Shown: positions 1 through 7,052, counted from the stretch's first letter. The stretch: 10,038 nt of DNA from Candidatus Baldrarchaeum yapensis (GCA_016840465.1 JAEOSH010000068.1:1-10038), one strand, 5' to 3'. A program made the numbers and translations. Notes: generated by a model not told the origin, from the letters alone.

Positions 1-86
1 GTGGTATGCTCGACGAGAGGTGAGAGGGGCAGAAACGTATAGTGTTGCATTTGCTGCCTTCACGCACCTTTGCAACCTCAAACCCC

Positions 87-93
87 TTATAAA
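87..93 (+). promoter_or_regulatory. Putative archaeal TATA box (TTATAAA)
   Basis: TTATAAA lies ~20-25 nt upstream of the start of the GC-rich structured segment at ~112-116, roughly the archaeal TATA-to-start spacing. Confidence 0.5.
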
Positions 94-111
94 GGACTTC
101 TGTTGTGTTAA

Positions 112-289
112 GCGGGCTCCGCCCGGGATGTGGGAGGGACGGTGAGAGGGAGGGAAGCCCGAAAGGGCGGAGCGAAGGGTCAGATGGATGTGCGGAGTAC
201 CGCTCCCCGCGAAAGCCCGTCGATGGACCCCGAGACGGGAAGGCTTTCCGCCACGCACGCGTCAATTGCAACAAAAGTGGCGGAGAGTC
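112..289 (+). ncRNA. Candidate structured non-coding RNA or long structured 5' leader; partly resembles archaeal tnpB 3'-end (omega/sot-type) RNAs
   Basis: Hand count gives 118/180 G+C over 111-290, visibly above the flanking DNA. Four mutually compatible stems: GCTCCGCCC(116-124)/GGGCGGAGC(165-173), 9 bp perfect; GCGG hairpin within 192-210; CCCGTC(216-221)/GACGGG(234-239), 6 bp perfect; 242-254/277-289, 13 bp with two G-U pairs. A TATA box lies upstream. Confidence 0.45.
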
Positions 290-318
290 AGAACGGTAAA
301 ATGGAGGTCACAAAGGAT

Positions 319-1890
319 ATGAAACTCGTCCATAAGGCCTAAACTTGCACGCCAAGAGGACGCCAGATAAGGTTGCGATAATTTCTCACCGGTTCCTTCC
401 CATGCCGCACCGGGAGAGGCTTACATTCAGAGAGATGTACGGACTTTCAAACAGATTTGCAAATGCTCTCAGCGGGTTGATAGAGCCAGGGGTAGAGCCG
501 CCCTTCTGATGCCGAATCTCAAGAAGTGACTCTACATAGCGAATGCAATCGGCAAGGCGGCGGAATTCTTGTCCCAGTGAACTTCCTCTTTAAGGGGCAG
601 GAGATAAAGTACATAATTAAATAACAGTAAGGCCCGCGTAATACTCGCCACTACCCGTGGGGTGAACTGCGGTAAAGACAGTTGTCAACGAGTTAGAGAC
701 AGTCGAGAGGATAATAATTCTGTATGGAGACAAATTCCCGAGAATGAGAAAATGAAGAACATGATAGATCTGCAGGCCTCGTCTCCTCGGGTTCTCCCGA
801 GTACATTTCGTACGACGCATCTCCTGAGGATCTCACATGCATAATGTACACGGACGGAACGACCGGCAGACCGAAGGGCGTCATGTACACGCACAAAATG
901 GTTCTCACAAATGCTAGGATGATAGTAAAGAGGTCGGGCTCAACAAGAATGACGTGGGGCTTACGCTGGTTTCATAATTCCACTCCTATGGCTTTATAAA
1001 CATGGTTCGTGGTGGTGTGGTCGGTTAACGGATGTTTGCATGGACATATTCGACCCGCGTACGACTTTGGAGTTAATACAGGAGTATAAGGTCACCGTGT
1101 GGCTGGAGTTTCGGCAATGCACAGAAAGATTCTGGATCTGCTGGAGGAGGTCATCAAAAAGTATGACCTGAGGTCCCTGAGAATGCGCGTCTCAGCGGCG
1201 GAGAACCTGCCGATGGAGGTACACAAGCGCTGGAAGGAACTCACCGGATGTGAACTTTATGAGGGTCACGGGTTAACTGAACATTAACCAACTGCTTCGC
1301 TAAATCCGGGACCCGGATTGGGTATCAACAAGATTGGAAGTGCGGGGCCGCCGCTCGACGGCGTGGAGGTTAAGATAGTTGACGAGGAGGGAAAAGAAGT
1401 TCCACTGGGAGAGCCCGGGGAACTGCTGTGCGTCATGAAGGGTATTGGAAGGATCCGGAGCGCACAAAGCAAGTGATAGACGAGGAGGGCTGGCTGTACA
1501 CCGGAGATATGATGAAGATGGACGAGGACAGGCATCTTTATTTCGTGGAAAGGAAGAGCGAAATGATAAACGTCGCTGGGGAGAAGGTCTGGCCAGCGGA
1601 GGTGGAGGAAGCAATTCTGCAGCACCTCGGCGGTGGTGCTCATTGCAGTGATCGGGGATTCCAAATAGGATAAAGGGCGAGGTTCCGAAGGCGATAATTC
1701 AGCTGAAGCCTGATTACAAACCGTCCCCCGAACTTGCGGAGGAGATAATAAAGTGGTGCAAGGAGAGGCTGGCATCCTTCAAGGTCCCACGTGAGGTGGA
1801 GTTCAGGTCTACGTTGTCCTTGACTCCTATTGGAAAAGTGTGGAGGAATCTGCTGAAGCAGGAGAAGAGGAAAAGTACGAGAGAAGATGA
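319..1890 (+). pseudogene. Long-chain acyl-CoA synthetase / AMP-binding (ANL superfamily) ligase pseudogene
   Basis: Fragments across frames give, in the correct order: MKLVHKA/LHAKRTPDKVAII; GGILVPVNFLFKGQEIKYII; AMP-binding loop YTDGTTGRPKGVMYTH (847-894); EGHGLTE followed by an in-frame TAA (1285-1287); GELL-VMKG/YWKDPERT (frameshift ~1441); GWLYTGD; ERKSEMINVAGEKVWPAEVEE; GEVPKA; LASFKVPREVEF; GKV. A GGAGGT site lies at 303-308. There are many frameshifts and stops, and the 3' end is approximate. Confidence 0.93.
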
Positions 1891-1898
1891 AAGGGAGA

Positions 1899-2483
1899 GG
1901 GAGGCCGCCAGAAGTCAGTTTTCTCATCAAAAACCTCATCTATTACCTCTTCGCTGTACTTCACTACGTCCTTGAAACACTTAGGATCGTGGGATCGAAC
2001 TTAAAGATTCCTCGAAGTGGGAGAACCTGCTATCCTCATAGAAATCTCCCAGAAGTTTTCAGTCCGGTATTAACATATAATTTCTGCGTCTATGTACTTC
2101 TTTTTAAGCTATTCGTCAACTTTTATCGAATCCACCGATTTGCCTCATGAAATTGCCACTCTGAAGGAAGAATGGAAATCTATCGAGAATTTGAACACCC
2201 TAGGAACGTAATATGCGATTATTACTCCTAGAAACGTAAGCACGGGGAGATCCTCTATCATGTCGATTATTGGCGTCATCTGCCACCCTCTTCCACGATC
2301 TTGTTCAGCACCTTCTCACGGCACTTTAATTTATGCTTGGAGTGTGTGGCTATCACCACTAACAGTTGAAAAGTGAAAAACTGTAACCTGCAGAGTATTT
2401 TCGAGATCTTCCGGATCAGATATTACATCTTCATCTATACTGGCGAGTTTTTTCCTCAAGGATTTTAAATCATCCGCAGGCAT
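1899..2483 (-). pseudogene. Probable decayed coding remnant(s) of uncertain identity
   Basis: GGAGG (2491-2495) precedes an ATG at 2483 encoding MPADDLKSLRKKLASIDEDVISDPEDLE, which continues after a frameshift as YSAGYSF. A second ATG at 2279 overlaps a TGA and encodes a hydrophobic stretch (LPVLTFLGVIIAYYV). A distal fragment reads DPKCFKDVVKYSEEVIDEVFDEKTDFWRPP. The fragments are interrupted by stops. Confidence 0.3.
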
Positions 2484-2939
2484 TTTCTCTCCTCCCCATA
2501 TTGCATTAAGAGTAACTTTTCCAGACATAAAATAATAAGTCTAATGTGTAGTGGAAAGAACAAGCAGATATATGTGATTATAAAGTAAAAATAAAATGTT
2601 TCATGTCATGACGCAATTTTTGTAATCATTTTTAGAAAATTAGTGATTGCTATACTGTGTCCTTATGCGATAATAAATTATGACGAAAAATCATACGAGT
2701 AGCGTGAGACCGGAGGTTTACAAAGTTGTGGTAATATCAAGGAAATATTTAAAAACCAAAACACGATCTTTCTCAAAAGGTCTGTTAATGTGTACCCGAA
2801 ACCGTGGAAGTGAAAAATACCGGCAAATGCTCATGCCTAATAAAAAGTGTCCGGAAATCGCATCACATGGCAACGGTTGTTAAAATAGAATGGGTAGAGC
2901 GCGTGAACTGTGGGCAATGAGACATGAGGGGATGAAGTT

Positions 2940-3713
2940 ATGGGTAGTAACGTTCACAAGAAACTTCTGGTGGGTGATATTGGCAGTAGTGCGGATAACC
3001 TTCTTTCCGCAAGGCTCATTTGCCAAGCAACACAATTTCTCATATCAGGTCACTCGCTTACCGCGGTGGAGCGCGCAAAGGCGGCTCTGAGAGTTGCGGC
3101 GAGGTATTATGGGAGACTGAATAACGGCATCAGGACTACGATAAACGATCTTTTGCTCTCAACGCCACAGAGTCCCCCTTACCACAAGTGGAGCGTCGAG
3201 TACGTTGTTAAAACAATAGAGGTACTTAGGACAATTGGAGCGATAGACAAAAAGACGAGTGGTGTGCTTTTTAACATGCTATCATTGGTCGTTTCGCGGG
3301 AACAGATTAACGAGTTGAGGTCCTTGGTTATTAGGTCATCCTCGCCTCGGAAAGAAGAAAGCACGAGTATGAGCACTGCGCCGCCCATGGGTGATATTGT
3401 TGCACTGAAAAGTAAGGCTATGGAGCTGCGTGCGGAAGTTAAGAGGCTGAAGTACGAAGTTACGACTGAGAAAAGAAAATTAATGTCAATAAATGGAGAA
3501 ATACGAGGGGTGAAAGAAAAGATCAGCAGGATTAGCAACTCGATGGAAAATGTTGGTGAGCAGGTACGTGATGCGGGAACGGTGCAATATTTCCAAGTAG
3601 CGGGTGTTGCGTTTCCAGATGCGGAAATTGTTCCGATAAGATTGATCATTGCGCTGAGTGTACTAGTATCCTTATTGTTCATAGCGTTGCTAATGCTTTC
3701 CGGGGCCGCGTGA
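2940..3713 (+). CDS. Hypothetical tail-anchored protein (helical N-domain, Ser-rich linker, coiled coil, C-terminal transmembrane helix)
   Basis: 257 aa ORF with a purine-rich RBS-like GAGGGG upstream. A heptad-like segment DIVALKSKAMELRAEVKRLKYEV...MENVGEQV precedes a terminal hydrophobic helix LIIALSVLVSLLFIALLML. There is no N-terminal signal. Confidence 0.75.
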   Translation: MGSNVHKKLLVGDIGSSADNLLSARLICQATQFLISGHSLTAVERAKAALRVAARYYGRLNNGIRTTINDLLLSTPQSPPYHKWSVEYVVKTIEVLRTIGAIDKKTSGVLFNMLSLVVSREQINELRSLVIRSSSPRKEESTSMSTAPPMGDIVALKSKAMELRAEVKRLKYEVTTEKRKLMSINGEIRGVKEKISRISNSMENVGEQVRDAGTVQYFQVAGVAFPDAEIVPIRLIIALSVLVSLLFIALLMLSGAA

Positions 3714-3717
3714 GCAT

Positions 3718-3873
3718 TTAACATTTAAATTTGTACCTTTCCGTGAAGTAGAATCTAGGATCGAGGCTACTTCTTAGAACCTTAACCAGGTAGCGGCATT
3801 TTCTTTTCTTGCACTCCCGCAGCTTGTCTCTACGAATAACGCGTCGGTGGTATATGCACACGAATACCTCCAT
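3718..3873 (-). CDS. Small basic Cys/His microprotein (51 aa), putative Zn-binding
   Basis: Translated by hand: MEVFVCIYHRRVIRRDKLRECKKRKCRYLVKVLRSSLDPRFYFTERYKFKC*. GGAGG (3882-3886) lies 8 nt before the ATG, with an AT-rich TTAATTAAAA element further upstream. The stop abuts the convergent 2940-3713 gene 4 nt away. Confidence 0.6.
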   Translation of the reverse strand: MEVFVCIYHRRVIRRDKLRECKKRKCRYLVKVLRSSLDPRFYFTERYKFKC

Positions 3874-4005
3874 CGCGCACTCCTCCACAGAAATAGTATG
3901 TAAAATGGGTTTTAATTAACATTTCTGTACTCTATCGAAAATCCGTATGATCGGGTAATAGACAAAGGTTGGGAATGATGGAAGTATGAGGATGCGGAGG
4001 CCGCA

Positions 4006-4149
4006 ATGTTAGGTGCGTGGTGCGCAGACCATATATTTTATGCGCGGAAAACTATCTCTTGCCTTTTATACATGCCGTATTCTGCGCTATATTCGAAAGT
4101 GTCATGCGTAAGATTAAAGTACGGAAAATTTCAAAATGCCACCCCATGA
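4006..4149 (+). CDS. Possible small ORF (47 aa), Cys-containing
   Basis: MLGAWCADHIFYARKTISCLLYMPYSALYSKVSCVRLKYGKFQNATP*, with GGAGG (3996-4000) 5 nt before the ATG. There is no other support. Confidence 0.25.
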   Translation: MLGAWCADHIFYARKTISCLLYMPYSALYSKVSCVRLKYGKFQNATP

Positions 4150-4367
4150 CAACGCATTTCGGCATCCGTATATTTTTTGTCATTACAATTAGCTTTATAT
4201 GCCTCCTATTGCTAGATTTTCACGATGCCTGAGAGGGGGAGACGCCGAGCGGGTGCGATGACGATGGAGGGAGGGGCGAAGAAGTCGGCATCAAACCTCC
4301 TCCTTTCCTTAATGTTATGCTCATGTCCTCCTGTCACGGGCTATCAGTAATATCTTTCTGGAGATTG

Positions 4368-4910
4368 TTATGCAGATAGCCCATGGTCCGTCCACTGGTT
4401 CCTCCAGCCCTCATCTCTCTCTCGCATCACCCGAATTATTCTCTCGCGCGCCCTTCTTATCTCATCCGGGATCTTGGATACGCCACCGAACCTTAATATT
4501 TCATTAAGCAGCTTTTCAACAAAATCGCGTGTCTGTCCGGTTTTTTCAACGATTATTTCCACTAGTTCATCGAAGCTGCCGAACTCTAGCGAATTCACGA
4601 GAGTTGCCAGTTCAGAAAGCGAAGGCGCCCTTCTTCTTACTTTAGTTGGTTTTCCGAGCGCCGCTGTGATTTGTAAAAGCATTTGCTCTGGCGCCTTCAC
4701 CGTTGCCTTTAGTACTAGGTTCAGACTCTCATCGAGTGAGAACGTAAGCCAAACGCGTGCGCGTGCACCAGCGTGTTCTATTTCGATGATGTTACCCTCC
4801 TCGCTCACGAATCTGTACTTGAAGTTTGCCCTTATACCATCGATGAAGTTGGAGATTGATTTGACCCCCTTTAGCGTATACGAAAGTAGAAGCTCGGTCA
4901 TGTGAGTCAT
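4368..4910 (-). CDS. Hypothetical protein (alpha/beta N-terminal half, helical C-terminal half)
   Basis: 180 aa ORF with natural charged/hydrophobic patterning, divergent from the PLD gene across a 74-nt spacer. The true start may be the second ATG (4901), which is preceded by GGAGATGA. Confidence 0.8.
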   Translation of the reverse strand: MTHMTELLLSYTLKGVKSISNFIDGIRANFKYRFVSEEGNIIEIEHAGARARVWLTFSLDESLNLVLKATVKAPEQMLLQITAALGKPTKVRRRAPSLSELATLVNSLEFGSFDELVEIIVEKTGQTRDFVEKLLNEILRFGGVSKIPDEIRRARERIIRVMRERDEGWRNQWTDHGLSA

Positions 4911-4984
4911 CTCCCGTCAGTCCCGTGCATCATTGCGACCGGAAGCACTATATGTAGTCTTGCGTCTATCATATCAACGTTGGG

Positions 4985-6145
4985 GTGGAAGCGTTGAGAA
5001 GGTCAGCATACTATTTGGTAATCTTGGTATTAGTACTAATTCTGGCAATAGCTAGCTACAGGCTTCTAACGGGACCCCAAGCGCAGGAGGAGATCGAGGC
5101 AACCGTTATATGCTTTATATCGCCGGATAACAGCTACAGCGTTATATGTCAGTTAATAGATAGCGCGAATCATTCGATATTCATAGAGATGTACTTGATG
5201 ACGAACCCATACCTTGTGGCCCGGCTCGACCACGCCATAGAGAGGGGTGTGAGGGTGATAGTAATATTAGAAGGAAATCCACTGGGTATCTCCGAGGAAT
5301 ATGTTGAATGGGTAGCTTATAATCTAACATTGGCTGGTGCCAGTGTTTACTGGGCACCTAAGGAGTTCAACTTCATGCATAGCAAGTTCATGATAATAGA
5401 CAACGAAACTGTCGTTGTGGAGAGCGCAAATTGGGCGAAAACCGGAATTCCGGTCGATCCATCATATGGAAATCGAGAATGGGGAATTGCCATTAAAAGT
5501 TCGGTGGTGGCGCAACAGTTTCTTGAGATATTCCTGAAAGATTTGGCAAATGCAACCTTCTATGAGCCATCCGGCGAGGAAGTATATGAAGGGCCATCAC
5601 CGTCGATTCCGGAAGGAAAATACAGTCCTCAATTTGAGCCTTTCGAGTATTCGGGCAAAATCCGCGTTAAGGCTGTGTTTTCGCCGGAAAATTCCGAGCA
5701 TGAGATTTTAGATTTGATAAGATCTGCGAATGAGAGCATATGTATTGAAGTCGTGTACATGTACTTACATTGGGGAGAGGAGATAAATCCGTTCGTACGT
5801 GCATTGGTTGACGCGAGCAAGAGGGGTGTAAGGATAAGAATTATACTTGACATTGGAAAGATGGATGACAGCACCGAAGCGATCGAGTATCTGCTCGATA
5901 ATGGTAATGCCAGCAACATCGAGGTTAGGTGGAGCAACAGCACCTACTTTGAGACGATGCACAACAAGGGAATAATCGTGGACGGGAAGGTTGTTCTGAT
6001 ATCGAGTATAAACTGGAGCGAGAGTTCGGTGTGGAAGAACAGGGAGGCAGGGGTTATAGTGTACTGCGAGGAAATTGCGCAGTACTATCTCGGGGTGTTC
6101 AACTGGGATTGGGCGGTATCAGTGCCGTACCAGCCATCCTCCTAA
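4985..6145 (+). CDS. Phospholipase D-superfamily protein with two HKD motifs and an N-terminal membrane anchor/signal
   Basis: 386 aa, GTG start. Motifs HSKFMIIDNETVVVESANW and HNKGIIVDGKVVLISSINWS (HxKxxxxD...SxN). Hydrophobic N-terminus YYLVILVLVLILAIASY. Confidence 0.93.
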   Translation: MEALRRSAYYLVILVLVLILAIASYRLLTGPQAQEEIEATVICFISPDNSYSVICQLIDSANHSIFIEMYLMTNPYLVARLDHAIERGVRVIVILEGNPLGISEEYVEWVAYNLTLAGASVYWAPKEFNFMHSKFMIIDNETVVVESANWAKTGIPVDPSYGNREWGIAIKSSVVAQQFLEIFLKDLANATFYEPSGEEVYEGPSPSIPEGKYSPQFEPFEYSGKIRVKAVFSPENSEHEILDLIRSANESICIEVVYMYLHWGEEINPFVRALVDASKRGVRIRIILDIGKMDDSTEAIEYLLDNGNASNIEVRWSNSTYFETMHNKGIIVDGKVVLISSINWSESSVWKNREAGVIVYCEEIAQYYLGVFNWDWAVSVPYQPSS

Positions 6146-6160
6146 CATTACAGACATATT

Positions 6161-6188
6161 TTTATATTACATTGTAGTCATTGTAATA
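6161..6188 (+). promoter_or_regulatory. TATA box overlapped by an inverted-repeat operator upstream of the TA operon
   Basis: TTTATA at 6161-6166 lies ~25 nt before ATG 6191, consistent with a leaderless transcript. A perfect inverted repeat TATTACA(6165-6171)-N10-TGTAATA(6182-6188) overlaps it. Confidence 0.6.
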
Positions 6189-6190
6189 CG

Positions 6191-6736
6191 ATGGTGGGAA
6201 ATGCGGTCATAGATGCGACATCCCTCATATATCTCGCGAAGTCGTCGAACAAGGATCTGCTCCGGTTACTTTTCGGCAAGATACTGGTACCACCCGCCGT
6301 ATACGAGGAGGTCGTAGTACGCGGTAAGGAGATAGGTGCAAGAGATGCATTGCTGGTCGAGAGGAACATAAAGGAAGGAGTGCTGGAAGTTGTGGCCATA
6401 GACGATGATAAAGTGAAATCTGTTGAAAACATGCTACCTACCAAGCTATCGGCCGGGGAGAGGGAAGCGATAGCCATCGCAGCGACACGCAACTTGCCCA
6501 TCATACTTGATGATCTGGCCGCCGTGAGGGTATGTATGGACCTCGACCTCGAGACGCTAACATCGGAAATTGTCCTGATAACTGCGCTTATCGAGGGACT
6601 GATTTCAGCGAGAGAATTCGAGGAGCGGCTTTCGAGGTTACTCAACTATAAGAGGGTAAGGACGGATGTCCTCCTCCTAATATTGAAGATTCATGAAATG
6701 TGGGTGAGGAAGTTTGGTAAAGAAGGCGGTACTTAA
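6191..6736 (+). CDS. vapC: PIN-domain (VapC-like, DUF3368-type) toxin
   Basis: 181 aa with the PIN acidic motifs VIDATSLIYLAK, ILVPPAVYEEV, LSAGEREAIAIA and IILDD. Confidence 0.88.
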   Translation: MVGNAVIDATSLIYLAKSSNKDLLRLLFGKILVPPAVYEEVVVRGKEIGARDALLVERNIKEGVLEVVAIDDDKVKSVENMLPTKLSAGEREAIAIAATRNLPIILDDLAAVRVCMDLDLETLTSEIVLITALIEGLISAREFEERLSRLLNYKRVRTDVLLLILKIHEMWVRKFGKEGGT

Positions 6737-7052
6737 CATAAGAGTGGAGGAGTCTCTCCTGAGAGATTTGGACATGCTAGCCGAGATGGAAGGCCTGGAC
6801 AGATCCGAAGTTGCACGAAGCATTCTGAAAACAGGAATTAAGGAGCGGAAAATAAAGAAAGCGGTAGAACTCTACATGAAGGGAGAGGTCTCACTTGCCA
6901 GGGCTGCGGAGATAGCCGGAGTTCCTCTTACCGAAATGATCGATATTGTTAACCGTATGGGGATTGAGGACAGGATGACAGTAGAGACCTTCAGAGAACT
7001 CGTCAGAAGAGCGTTAAAAAGTAAAAAGCCCGAATTGTCCGATCTTATATGA
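6714..7052 (+). CDS. UPF0175-family antitoxin-like protein with N-terminal ribbon-helix-helix (CopG-like) domain
   Basis: 112 aa, TTG start with GGTGAGG upstream, overlapping the PIN gene 3' end. RHH pattern VLNIRVEESLLRDLDMLAEMEGLDRSEVARSIL is followed by the UPF0175 pattern AVELYMKGEVSLARAAEIAGV. Confidence 0.88.
   Translation: MVKKAVLNIRVEESLLRDLDMLAEMEGLDRSEVARSILKTGIKERKIKKAVELYMKGEVSLARAAEIAGVPLTEMIDIVNRMGIEDRMTVETFRELVRRALKSKKPELSDLI

Noticed and set aside
1-300. RNase P RNA or SRP RNA identity for the structured segment
   Set aside because: Only isolated look-alike words are present (CTCCGCCC, GCAGAAACG, GCCCGAAAGGG). The ordered conserved elements of RNase P (GAGGAA start, ACAGAA...GGGC end) and the SRP helix-8 motif are missing, and the segment is short.
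105-342. ORFs 105-299 and 130-342
   Set aside because: They are low-complexity G/R-rich translations of the GC-rich structured segment with no recognisable motif. Only the last codons of 130-342 belong to the ligase pseudogene start.
617-1939. Minus-strand and off-frame ORFs over the ligase (617-820, 662-844, 685-894, 693-908, 1284-1775, 1300-1614, 1445-1651, 1640-1939)
   Set aside because: They are shadow or off-frame ORFs of the plus-strand pseudogene, which explains the region by ordered motifs.
2560-2900. AT-rich stretch with imperfect palindromes and ORF 2680-2883
   Set aside because: The palindromes are short and expected in AT-rich DNA. The ORF has no RBS at its start and no motif. 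The stretch is probably promoter or spacer DNA.
3179-3724. 181-aa antisense ORF (also 4474-4905, 5629-5943, 6178-6645, 6872-7111, 8833-9201)
   Set aside because: They are Ser/Ile/Leu-rich mirror translations fully overlapping better-supported genes on the opposite strand.
4250-4300. Possible C/D-box sRNA (CGATGA)
   Set aside because: There is no proper RTGATGA C box and no downstream CTGA D box at suitable spacing.
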